This document shows positions 19,338 through 29,603 of a stretch of DNA of 32,000 bases, piece by piece. Source of the DNA: Candidatus Saccharimonadota bacterium. Its GTDB lineage: Bacteria; Pseudomonadota; Gammaproteobacteria; Enterobacterales; Enterobacteriaceae. The position numbers were made by a program, and so were the translations under genes. Numbering within the stretch: the stretch's first letter is position 1; each line of letters begins with the position of its first letter. Location: positions 120,001 through 152,000 of the forward strand of contig NZ_CP069383.1 of NCBI RefSeq assembly GCF_017656055.1, read 5' to 3'. The notes beneath the pieces are model-generated. The model had not been told where the DNA came from. It saw only the letters and a list, made by a program, of their open reading frames with translations, and made no database searches.

Positions 19338-19343
19338 AATTTA

Positions 19344-20078
19344 TTATATTTTTTTAAAGTTATATATTATAATTTTGTTTTTTTCTAATAATTCTATTAT
19401 TCTTATATTTTCATCAAAAATATATTTTTGATTATATAATGATTTTTTATATATAAATAATAATATTTTTTTTTTAATAATTTTATTATTTTTTATTATT
19501 TTTTTTAATACTTTTTTTTTATTTTCTATTATACTTTTAGGTATATTATTATAATCTAAATATTTAATATTATTTGAAATTATTTGAATTGATATTTTTT
19601 TAATTATTTCTATTTTATTTTTATCTAATATATTGCATGATATTATAGTTGCATATTTATTAATATGATTATATTCATAAATATATTCTCCAAATAAATA
19701 ATAAAAATCATTTAAAAATATATTTTCTTTAAATATTTTTGATAAATATAAAATATATTTTTTTATTTTAAAATCATTATTAATATTAATAATTTTATTT
19801 TTTAATATATACTTTTTTAATTTATTTATAAATTTTAAAATTATTTCATTTTTTAATGTAAAATCTGTTTTACTATATATTTTAATAATAAATCCATATT
19901 TTTTATCATTTGATGAACCTGAGATAACTTTATTTTTATAATTTTTTATATTTATATTATTTATATTTTTAAATAATGTTTTATTTTTTTTTTTTTTTAT
20001 AAAATTAATACATTCAGAAATAGAAAATCCATATTTTAATCTTATATTTTTTATTAATTCTATATAATTTTTATTCAT
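19344..20078 (-). CDS. tsf: Elongation factor Ts (short, 244 aa)
   Basis: The N-terminal UBA-like segment LIKNIRLKYGFSISECINF corresponds to [20 protein letters not shown], and IIKIYSKTDFTLKNE to ILEVNCQTDFVAKDA. It lies immediately downstream of rpsB with an 8-nt overlap. Confidence 0.8.
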   Translation of the reverse strand: MNKNYIELIKNIRLKYGFSISECINFIKKKKNKTLFKNINNINIKNYKNKVISGSSNDKKYGFIIKIYSKTDFTLKNEIILKFINKLKKYILKNKIININNDFKIKKYILYLSKIFKENIFLNDFYYLFGEYIYEYNHINKYATIISCNILDKNKIEIIKKISIQIISNNIKYLDYNNIPKSIIENKKKVLKKIIKNNKIIKKKILLFIYKKSLYNQKYIFDENIRIIELLEKNKIIIYNFKKI

Positions 20079-20754
20079 TTCTTTTAATGTTTATTTGTTT
20101 TTTAAATATTAAATCTAAACATATATTTATAGATTTTATAGAATCATCATTTGCAGGTATTACATAATCTATATTTTTTATATTAGAGTTTGTATCTGTA
20201 ATTGCAAAGGTTATTATATTTTTTTTTTTAGCTTCTTTTATAGCAGTACTTTCTTTATTAGAATCTATTACAAATATTGCTTTTGGTAATTCATTCATTC
20301 TTACTATTCCAAATAGATTTTTTTTTAGTTTTTTAAAATTATTTTTTCTATTTAATATTTCTTTTTTGGTATAATATTCATTATTAATATTATTTTTTAT
20401 TTCTATATACATTTTTTTTAATTTATCTATAGATTTTTTTACTATATCCCAATTAGTAATCATTCCTCCTATCCATTTATTAATAATAAAATATTGATTT
20501 AATTCAAAAGCAATTTTTCTAATAGAACTTCTTACTTGTTTTTTTGTTCCTATAAATAATATTTTTTCATTATTATCTATTATATTATTTATAACACTTT
20601 TAGATTTATTTATACATTTTAAAGTTTTATCTATATTTATGATATGCATATTATTATATTTACAATATATGAAATTTTTCATACTTGGATTATAAAATTT
20701 AGTTTTATGACCTATGTGAACTTTAGCTTTTAGTAAATTATTAATATTTGACAT
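20071..20754 (-). CDS. rpsB: 30S ribosomal protein S2
   Basis: 227 aa. LLKAKVHIGHKTKFYNPSMKNFIY (E. coli [24 protein letters not shown]), ILFIGTKKQ, WIGGMITNW, and IDYVIPANDDSIKSI. Confidence 0.93.
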   Translation of the reverse strand: MSNINNLLKAKVHIGHKTKFYNPSMKNFIYCKYNNMHIINIDKTLKCINKSKSVINNIIDNNEKILFIGTKKQVRSSIRKIAFELNQYFIINKWIGGMITNWDIVKKSIDKLKKMYIEIKNNINNEYYTKKEILNRKNNFKKLKKNLFGIVRMNELPKAIFVIDSNKESTAIKEAKKKNIITFAITDTNSNIKNIDYVIPANDDSIKSINICLDLIFKKQINIKRNE

Positions 20755-20827
20755 AATTTTTTTTTAATATGAATTATAATGATTATATCAGTTTATTATA
20801 ATAAATTTAAGTATATTGTAAAATATA

Positions 20828-21580
20828 ATGATAAAAATATATTCTAATAAAGAAATAAATAAAGTAAAAAATTCATGTTTAATAGTATCTGAAACTATAA
20901 ATATGATAAAAAATTATATAAAACCTAATATAAGTACAGGGTACATAGATGAGATATGTAATAATTATATTATAAAAAAAAAAAAATCTTATCCAGCTCC
21001 ATTAAATTATAAAGGTTTTCCAAAATCAATTTGTACTTCAGTAAATGATACAGTATGTCATGGAATACCATCTTATAATGAAATATTAAATAATGGAGAT
21101 ATAATAAATATAGATATATCAGTATTAAAAAATGGATTTTATGGTGATGCTTCTAAAACATTTATTGTAGGAAAAGAAAGTAATTATTTATCTAAAAAAA
21201 TATGTTATATAGCAAAAAAAAGTTTAGAATTATCAATAAAAATATTAAAACCTGGATTAAAAATAAAAGAAATAGGTAATTTAATACAAAAATATGTTAA
21301 TAATAATGGATTCTATGTTGTAAGAGAATATTGTGGTCATGGAATAGGAAGAAAATTGCATGAAGAACCTTTTATACAACATTGTTATAATAATAACAAT
21401 GAAATATTAAAACCAGGAATGATTATTACAATAGAACCTATAATAAATTCTAAAAGTAGATATATAAGAGTAATGAAAAATGGATGGACTGTTAAAACAA
21501 TAGATAAAGGATTATCAGCACAATATGAAAATACAATATTAATAACTAAAAATAATTATGAAATTTTAACTAATATATAA
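20828..21580 (+). CDS. map: Methionine aminopeptidase (type I)
   Basis: 250 aa. Metal-ligand contexts VCHGIP, GDIINIDIS, GDASKTF, YCGHGIG, ITIEP and QYENTILIT. Divergent from rpsB as in E. coli. Confidence 0.95.
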   Translation: MIKIYSNKEINKVKNSCLIVSETINMIKNYIKPNISTGYIDEICNNYIIKKKKSYPAPLNYKGFPKSICTSVNDTVCHGIPSYNEILNNGDIINIDISVLKNGFYGDASKTFIVGKESNYLSKKICYIAKKSLELSIKILKPGLKIKEIGNLIQKYVNNNGFYVVREYCGHGIGRKLHEEPFIQHCYNNNNEILKPGMIITIEPIINSKSRYIRVMKNGWTVKTIDKGLSAQYENTILITKNNYEILTNI

Positions 21581-21587
21581 TTTTAAA

Positions 21588-21661
21588 ATAGGGTATCAGG
21601 ATTCGAACCTGAGAATGACGGGATCAAAACCCGTTGCCTTAAACCTCTTGGCTATACCCTA
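21588..21661 (-). tRNA. glnU: tRNA-Gln (anticodon UUG), 74 nt, no encoded CCA
   Basis: Minus strand reads TAGGGTATAGCCAAGAGGTTTAAGGCAACGGGTTTTGATCCCGTCATTCTCAGGTTCGAATCCTGATACCCTAT. It resembles E. coli tRNA-Gln (UGGGGUAUCGCCAAGCGGUAAGGCA..), with a U1-A72 pair and anticodon loop UUUUGAU. Last gene of a met-leu-gln cluster. Confidence 0.88.
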
Positions 21662-21664
21662 ATT

Positions 21665-21738
21665 TACGGGAAGAGAGATTCGAACTCACAAATACTAGAT
21701 TCTAAGTCTAGCGCGTATACCAATTTCGCCATTCCCGC
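21665..21738 (-). tRNA. leuW: tRNA-Leu (anticodon UAG), leuW-like but only 74 nt with a 5-nt variable region; no encoded CCA
   Basis: Minus strand reads GCGGGAATGGCGAAATTGGTATACGCGCTAGACTTAGAATCTAGTATTTGTGAGTTCGAATCTCTCTTCCCGTA. The 5' half is near-identical to E. coli leuW (GCGGGAGTGGCGAAATTGGTAGACGCACCAGATTTAGGTTCTGG). A73 is present and the anticodon loop is CUUAGAA. Only TATTT lies between the anticodon stem and the T-stem, and the T-stem has a U50-U64 mismatch. The metT-leuW-glnU order is conserved. Confidence 0.7.
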
Positions 21739-21740
21739 AT

Positions 21741-21814
21741 TAGCTATGACAGGAATTGAACCTGTGACTTCAGCATTATGAATACTGTGTTCTAACCAAC
21801 TGAACTACATAGCT
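21741..21814 (-). tRNA. metT: tRNA-Met, elongator type (anticodon CAU), 74 nt, no encoded CCA
   Basis: Minus strand reads AGCTATGTAGTTCAGTTGGTTAGAACACAGTATTCATAATGCTGAAGTCACAGGTTCAATTCCTGTCATAGCTA. It resembles E. coli metT (GGCTACGTAGCTCAGTTGGTTAGAGCACATCACTCATAATGATGGGGTCACAGGTTCGAATCC). A CAU anticodon could formally also be tRNA-Ile2 (lysidine); similarity and synteny favour Met. Confidence 0.82.
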
Positions 21815-21859
21815 ATATAATTAATTATATCAATAAATTAATATAAATTCAAAATAAAA

Positions 21860-23479
21860 ATGAAAAATAATTTTATATTTAAAATAATAAATGAAGACTT
21901 AAAAAAAAAAAAACATTTAAAAATAAAAACTAGATTTTCTCCTGAACCTAATGGTTATTTACATATAGGACATATAAAATCAATTTTTTTAAATTATTTT
22001 ATTTCTAAAAAATATAATGGAATTTTTAATTTAAGAATAGATGATACTAATCCGTGTACTTCTAAAAAAAGATATGTTGATTGTATAATAAAAGATTTAA
22101 AATGGTTAAATATTAAATTTGATTGTTTAAAATATTCATCTGATTATTTTAAAAATATATATAATTTTGCTATATATTTAATTAAAAATAAATTAGCTTA
22201 TATTGATTCTCTTGATAAAAAAAATATAAGAAAATATAGAGGAAATTTTTATAATTTAGGTATTAATAGTCCATATAGAAATAGAGATATAGAAGAAAAT
22301 TTGTATTTGTTTAATAAAATGAAAAATGGATTCTTTAATGAAAATAAAATATGTTTAAGATTAAAAATGAATATGAAATCAAAATTTATTATATTAAGAG
22401 ATCCTATTATATACAGAGTAAAATTTGAAAAGCATTTTAGAACAAATTATGATTGGATTATATATCCAACATATGATTTTTCTCATTGTATATGTGATTA
22501 TTTAGAAAAAATAACTCATTCTTTATGTACATTAGAATTTGTAGAAAATAATATTATATATAAATGGATATTAAATAATATAAATATTAATAAAGAATAT
22601 ATACCAATGCAATATGAGTTTTCTAGATTTAATATAGAATATAATATATTATCTAAAAGAAAAATTAATAATTTAATAAATAATAATTTAATAAGTAATG
22701 AAAAAGACAAAAGACTATTAACTATATTTAGTATTAGAAAAAGAGGATTTGATAAAAATTCAATTATTAATATATTTAAAAATATAGATATAAATAAAAA
22801 TGAAAGTATTTATAAATTTAGTATATTTACTAAAAATATAAGAAATTCTATAGAAAAGGATAGTTTAAGATTAATATCTATATTTAATCCTGTATTAATA
22901 ATAATAAAAAATTTGAATTCTGAAGAATATATTAATATTCCTAATAATCCATATTATGATAAATATGGATATAGAGTTTTTATATTTACTAAGTATATAT
23001 ATATAGATTATATAGATTTTATAAAATATTTTTATGATATAAAAAATAATACTATAATTAATAGTATAATAAAATTAAAATATTCTTATATCATAAAACC
23101 AATAAATTTTTATATTAATAATAATAATAAAATTGTTTTTTTTTGTAAATATTATAAAAATACATTAAATAAAATATTTTTATTAAATAAAAAAGTAGAT
23201 TGTATTATACATTGGTTATCTCATAAAAATATAAAAAAAGCTAAAGTTTATATTTATAAAAATTTATTTACTTATAAAAATATAAATAATGTTAAAAATT
23301 ATATTAATAAATTAAATAATAATTCTATATACAATATATATGTTTACATAGAAAATAACAAAAACATTTTAAATAATAAAATATATCAACTAGAGAGAAT
23401 AGGTTTTTTTAATATAAAGTTAAAAAAAAATATATTGTTATATTTAATTGTAGAAATTAAAAATAATAAATTCATTTAG
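21860..23479 (+). CDS. glnS: Glutaminyl-tRNA synthetase
   Basis: 539 aa. TRFSPEPNGYLHIGHIKSIFLN (HIGH), NLRIDDTNP, YPTYDFSHCICDYLEKITHSLCTLEF, and EYNILSKRK (MSK motif). Collinear with E. coli GlnRS. Confidence 0.95.
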   Translation: MKNNFIFKIINEDLKKKKHLKIKTRFSPEPNGYLHIGHIKSIFLNYFISKKYNGIFNLRIDDTNPCTSKKRYVDCIIKDLKWLNIKFDCLKYSSDYFKNIYNFAIYLIKNKLAYIDSLDKKNIRKYRGNFYNLGINSPYRNRDIEENLYLFNKMKNGFFNENKICLRLKMNMKSKFIILRDPIIYRVKFEKHFRTNYDWIIYPTYDFSHCICDYLEKITHSLCTLEFVENNIIYKWILNNININKEYIPMQYEFSRFNIEYNILSKRKINNLINNNLISNEKDKRLLTIFSIRKRGFDKNSIINIFKNIDINKNESIYKFSIFTKNIRNSIEKDSLRLISIFNPVLIIIKNLNSEEYINIPNNPYYDKYGYRVFIFTKYIYIDYIDFIKYFYDIKNNTIINSIIKLKYSYIIKPINFYINNNNKIVFFCKYYKNTLNKIFLLNKKVDCIIHWLSHKNIKKAKVYIYKNLFTYKNINNVKNYINKLNNNSIYNIYVYIENNKNILNNKIYQLERIGFFNIKLKKNILLYLIVEIKNNKFI

Positions 23480-23485
23480 TTTTAT

Positions 23486-23526
23486 TATACTATTAATTTA
23501 TTTTTTTTTATTAAATTAATAGTATA
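23486..23526. terminator. Perfect 15-bp inverted repeat (TATACTATTAATTTA / TAAATTAATAGTATA) with an 11-nt T-rich loop between convergent glnS and gyrA; candidate bidirectional terminator
   Basis: Arms read directly at 23486-23500 and 23512-23526. It sits 7 nt after the glnS stop and 15 nt after the gyrA stop. The stem is almost all A/T with a single G-C pair, so stability is modest. Confidence 0.35.
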
Positions 23527-23540
23527 TAAAATATTATTTT

Positions 23541-26045
23541 TTATTTATGTATATATATTATATTTTCTTCTTTATTTAATTTTATTATTAAAACTCCTTT
23601 GGTATTTCTTTTAGTTTTATTAATTGAATTAGAATTTATTTTTAATAAATAACCTAAATTAGTAAATATTAATATATTATCATTATTGTTTAAACTTAAA
23701 GTATTTTTTAATTTTCCAATTTTATCAGATAATTTAATAGATTTTATACCTTTTGTTAATCTTGATTTTTTTATATATTCTTTTTCATGTGTTATTTTTC
23801 CAAAACCTTTTTCAGTTATATTAAATATATAATCATTTGTTTTTATTAATAATATAGATATAACTATATCAAAATTTGATAATCTAATACTTTTTATACC
23901 ATAGCTATTTCTTGTTGTATATTTTATTATATTTTTATTAAATCTTAAAGATTTACCATTTTTTGTAAATATTATTATATCTTTATCATTATCATCATCA
24001 TCAAATACATTAACATTAACTATTTCATCATTATTATTTAATTTCATAATTAATATTCCATTAGATCTTATTTTTTTAAAAAGAGTTAATTTTATTTTTT
24101 TTATAAAACCTAATTTTGTACAAATTATTACTGATTTATCAAATTCATTATTATGTATACTTAATATATAATTTATATTTTCATTTTTTAATATAGAAAT
24201 TATATTATTTATATTTTTATTTTCATTACAAAGTTTTATGATATTTTCTGTTTTATATGAATAAATTTTACCTAAATTTGTAAATATTAATAATATACTA
24301 CTTATATCTGTTAAACAAATTTTATTGATTTTATCATTATTAAATATTTTTGTTATTAATTTACCTTTGCATTTTCTATTTTGTATTTTATATTCATCAA
24401 TCTGTTTATATTTTATATATCCATTATCTGTTAATATTATAAAAAAATTTTTATTCATTATTTTATTATTGTTTTTATTGTTAATATTTTTTATATTATT
24501 TTCATCATTATAAATAACTTTAGTTATTCTATTATCAAAATATTCTTTTTTTATTTTTAATAATTCTTCTATTATATAATTATTTAATTCATTTTTGTCA
24601 TTTAATATTAGTTTATATTTATTATTAATATTATTTATATATTCATATTCTTGTATAATTTTATTATATTCTATATTCATTAATTTACTAATTTTTAGAT
24701 TTAGTATAGATTTAATTTGTTCTTTATTAAATCTAAAAGAATTATTATTATTTTTGTTTTTAATATTATTTATTAATAATTCATTATTTATATTTTTATA
24801 ATTATTTATTATTTTTATATTTAAATTATTAATATTTTTTATTAAATCTTTATATTTTTTAGAATTTATTATTATATTTATTAAATTATTTATATTATAT
24901 ATTGCTATTATTATTCCTTCAATTATATTCATTCTTTTTAAATTATTTTTGAATATATTATAAATTTTTTTTTTAATTATATATTTTCTATAATTTATAA
25001 AAGATTCTATTAATTCTTTTAAGTTAAATCTTTTTGGTTTATTATTATATAACGCAATCATATTTATACTATAATTAATTTTCAATTTAGTTTTTTCGAA
25101 TAATTCATTTAGAATATTATATGGAATATAATTTTTCTTTATTTCTATTATTATTCTTAATCCGTTTTTATCTGATTCGTCATATATATTAGATATTCCA
25201 TTTATATATTTATTTTTTATTAATTTTACTATTGATTCTATTAATTTTAATTTATTAACTTGATATGGTATCTCATATACAATAATTGAATTATTAGTTA
25301 TTTTTACTTTTGATTTTATTACAAATTTACCATATCCATTTTTATATATATTTAATATATTATCATTTTTATTTATTATAATTCCTGATGTCGGAAAATC
25401 TGGAGCTATTATTATTTTATTTAAATCTTCTATTGATATATTTGGATTTTTAATTAATTCTATACATCCATCTATAACTTCATTTATATTATGAGGAGGT
25501 ATATTTGTTATTATTCCTACAGCTATACCATATGTACCATTTATTAATAAATTAGGTATTTTGCTTGGTAATATTTTTGGTATATTTTCTGTTCCATCAT
25601 AATTTTTTTCAAATTCTATTATATTATCATTTAAATCACTAAATAATTCATGACATATTTTAGACATTTTTATTTCTGTATATCTCATAGCTGCAGCTGG
25701 ATCTCCATCTATTGATCCAAAATTACCTTGGCCATCTATTAAAGGATATCTTGATGTAAATTTTTGTACCATTTTGATTATAGAATTGTATACAGCAATA
25801 TCTCCATGAGGATGATATTTACCTATAACATCACCAACTATTCTTGCAGATTTTTTAAAAGGTTTATTATAATAATTATTTAATTTATACATAGAATATA
25901 ATATACGTCTATGTACAGGTTTTAAACCATCTTTAGAATCAGGTATAGCTCTATTTGTAATAACTGATATAGAATATTTTATATATAAATCTTTTAATTC
26001 ATTTTCTATAAAATTTTTATTATTTGTAGTATCTTTTATATTCAT
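23541..26045 (-). CDS. gyrA: DNA gyrase subunit A
   Basis: 834 aa. [62 protein letters not shown] (catalytic Tyr122 context; GyrA-type GNFGSIDGD, not ParC-type GNWG), and a degenerate GyrA-box QNRKCKGK (E. coli QRRGGKGK) in the C-terminal domain. Confidence 0.95.
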   Translation of the reverse strand: MNIKDTTNNKNFIENELKDLYIKYSISVITNRAIPDSKDGLKPVHRRILYSMYKLNNYYNKPFKKSARIVGDVIGKYHPHGDIAVYNSIIKMVQKFTSRYPLIDGQGNFGSIDGDPAAAMRYTEIKMSKICHELFSDLNDNIIEFEKNYDGTENIPKILPSKIPNLLINGTYGIAVGIITNIPPHNINEVIDGCIELIKNPNISIEDLNKIIIAPDFPTSGIIINKNDNILNIYKNGYGKFVIKSKVKITNNSIIVYEIPYQVNKLKLIESIVKLIKNKYINGISNIYDESDKNGLRIIIEIKKNYIPYNILNELFEKTKLKINYSINMIALYNNKPKRFNLKELIESFINYRKYIIKKKIYNIFKNNLKRMNIIEGIIIAIYNINNLINIIINSKKYKDLIKNINNLNIKIINNYKNINNELLINNIKNKNNNNSFRFNKEQIKSILNLKISKLMNIEYNKIIQEYEYINNINNKYKLILNDKNELNNYIIEELLKIKKEYFDNRITKVIYNDENNIKNINNKNNNKIMNKNFFIILTDNGYIKYKQIDEYKIQNRKCKGKLITKIFNNDKINKICLTDISSILLIFTNLGKIYSYKTENIIKLCNENKNINNIISILKNENINYILSIHNNEFDKSVIICTKLGFIKKIKLTLFKKIRSNGILIMKLNNNDEIVNVNVFDDDDNDKDIIIFTKNGKSLRFNKNIIKYTTRNSYGIKSIRLSNFDIVISILLIKTNDYIFNITEKGFGKITHEKEYIKKSRLTKGIKSIKLSDKIGKLKNTLSLNNNDNILIFTNLGYLLKINSNSINKTKRNTKGVLIIKLNKEENIIYIHK

Positions 26046-26147
26046 TTTTTTTTATTAATATTTATTAATATTTAAATTTACTAATTACAATAAATAATAT
26101 ATTATATTTTTATTAAAATAATTATATAAATTAAATAAAAAAAAAAT

Positions 26148-26666
26148 ATGGCAAGTAAAGGAATAAATAAAGTTATATTAATTGGTAATATTGGACAAGA
26201 TCCTGAAGTTAGATATACATCAAATGGTAATGCTATAACAACTGTTAATTTAGCTACTTCAGATAAATGGAAAGATAAACAAACTGGTGATTTTAAAGAA
26301 AAAACTGAATGGCATAGAATAGTTTTTTTTGGTAAACTAGCAGAAATATCTGGAGAATATTTAAAAAAAGGTTCTCAAATTTATATAGAAGGACAATTAC
26401 AAACAAGAAAATGGAAAGATCAAAATGATAATAATAAATATATAACAGAAGTTGTAGTTAGTGCTAGAGGAACATTAAAAATATTAAGTAGTAAAAATTT
26501 TAATAAAAATTCTAATTATAATGCAAATAATAAAAAAATAAATGTTAATGAATTTGAAAAATCAGAAAATAGTTTAAAAAATAAAAATGAAAATAATAGT
26601 AATGAAGAAAATGATATTTCAGATGATATAAGTGATGATTTTGAAGATGATGATATACAATTTTAA
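26148..26666 (+). CDS. ssb: Single-stranded DNA-binding protein
   Basis: 172 aa. [72 protein letters not shown] is near-collinear with E. coli SSB. It has an N/K/S-rich linker and an acidic tip DDDIQF. Confidence 0.95.
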   Translation: MASKGINKVILIGNIGQDPEVRYTSNGNAITTVNLATSDKWKDKQTGDFKEKTEWHRIVFFGKLAEISGEYLKKGSQIYIEGQLQTRKWKDQNDNNKYITEVVVSARGTLKILSSKNFNKNSNYNANNKKINVNEFEKSENSLKNKNENNSNEENDISDDISDDFEDDDIQF

Positions 26667-26670
26667 ATTA

Positions 26671-27111
26671 TTAATTTGATATAATGCAATTAATTATAAT
26701 AATTATGTTATTTAATAATAAATTTAATAAAATATTATTATTATAATTTATTTTATTATTTTTTGATATTTTTTTTATTAAAAAATTTAAAACTATATCT
26801 AATATATTTAATATGTTAAAATTTAATAAATTTGAAAAATTATAATTATTAAAAATTAAAAACTTATACTTATATATATTATATAAATAGTATATTAGTA
26901 TAAGTTTTAACATAGAAAATCCTAATGGATAATCCGAAAGTAAATCATATAATATACTAGCTATTAAATTTTTATTTATTATAACAAAATTATTTAAATT
27001 TAAATCATTATATTTTATAAAATTACTTATTAATAATAAATTTATATTTTTAAAAAAAATATTTTTTAAAAAATAATTTATTATATATTGTATTATTATT
27101 AATATAATCAT
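26671..27111 (-). CDS. mreD: Rod shape-determining protein MreD
   Basis: 146 aa, hydrophobic, and last gene of an mreB-mreC-mreD run. ASILYDLLSDYPLGFSMLKLILIYYL aligns with E. coli [25 protein letters not shown]. Confidence 0.7.
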   Translation of the reverse strand: MIILIIIQYIINYFLKNIFFKNINLLLISNFIKYNDLNLNNFVIINKNLIASILYDLLSDYPLGFSMLKLILIYYLYNIYKYKFLIFNNYNFSNLLNFNILNILDIVLNFLIKKISKNNKINYNNNILLNLLLNNIIIIINCIISN

Positions 27112-27935
27112 TATTTTAATATTATTAAGTAATTTAAATTATTAAAATTTGACATTGGTTTTATTAGTATATTAAGTTCTTTATTTTTTTTAAATATTTT
27201 ATATATTTTTCCTATAGGATAACCTTCTGGGTATTTTTTGTCTAATCCTGTTGATATTAGTAAATCATTTTCTTTTATGTTATTTTTATCATGATATAAT
27301 AAAAATTTTTTTTTTATATATAACATATTATTATAGTATGGATGTTTATATAATATCAATTGTATATTATTTCTTGCTATTTTTGATATTATTGGATTTT
27401 TATTATTTAGTATTGTAGAAATAATACTATTATTATCATTTATTTTTGTTATTTGACCTATTATTCCATTTTCATCTATTACAGGTTGTCCTATATATAA
27501 ATTATCTTTTTTTCCTTTATTTATAACTATAAAAGTATAATTATTATCATAATATATTACTTTAGATATTATAAAATCATATTTTTTTATAATATCCATA
27601 TTAAGTATTTTTCTTAAATTTTTATTTTCTATTTCAAAAAAAATATTTTTATTGTTTATTGCTCTATATTTTATTATTTCTTTTTTTAATATATTATTTT
27701 CTTTTATTAATTTTCTATTATTATTATAATTGCATATATTATAATTATATATATTTTCTATATAATTAAAATATTTTCTTATTTTATTAGATATTATATT
27801 TATATATATATTTCTTAAAAAATTAATTTCATTAGATTTATTATCTATTATAAATATTGTTAAAGATAATAAAAATATTAATATTATATATAGTTTATAA
27901 TTTTTTTCTTTATAAAAAATATTTCTATTTATCAT
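27111..27935 (-). CDS. mreC: Rod shape-determining protein MreC (short, 274 aa)
   Basis: An N-terminal TM helix, a coiled-coil segment (LIKENNILKKEIIKYR), then beta-barrel domain motifs GQPVIDENGIIGQITKI and YPEGYPIGKI. It lies between mreB and mreD. Confidence 0.78.
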   Translation of the reverse strand: MINRNIFYKEKNYKLYIILIFLLSLTIFIIDNKSNEINFLRNIYINIISNKIRKYFNYIENIYNYNICNYNNNRKLIKENNILKKEIIKYRAINNKNIFFEIENKNLRKILNMDIIKKYDFIISKVIYYDNNYTFIVINKGKKDNLYIGQPVIDENGIIGQITKINDNNSIISTILNNKNPIISKIARNNIQLILYKHPYYNNMLYIKKKFLLYHDKNNIKENDLLISTGLDKKYPEGYPIGKIYKIFKKNKELNILIKPMSNFNNLNYLIILK

Positions 27936-27954
27936 AATATTTTATAAAAAAAAA

Positions 27955-29482
<1,528 letters not shown>

Positions 29483-29498
29483 TTTATTTTTTTAAATT

Positions 29499-29570
29499 TA
29501 CACCCTACAGGATTTGAACCTGTAACCTGCGACTTAGAAGGTCGCTGCTCTTCCATTGAGCTAAGAGTGC
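29499..29570 (-). tRNA. argU: tRNA-Arg (anticodon UCU, reads AGA/AGG), 72 nt, no encoded CCA
   Basis: Minus strand reads GCACTCTTAGCTCAATGGAAGAGCAGCGACCTTCTAAGTCGCAGGTTACAGGTTCAAATCCTGTAGGGTGTA. It resembles E. coli argU (GCGCCCTTAGCTCAGTTGGATAGAGCAACGACCTTCTAAGTCGTGGG..). Anticodon loop CUUCUAA, A73. Confidence 0.9.
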
Positions 29571-29603
29571 AAAATATATTTTTTTTATATATATAAGATA
29601 TTA

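Noticed and set aside
26051-26074. A tandem direct repeat TTTATTAATA x2 (plus TTTA) in the gyrA / ssb divergent spacer.
   Set aside because: It is a short, low-complexity A/T repeat. It is not a LexA-box-like or DnaA-box-like sequence, and it is probably replication-slippage noise.
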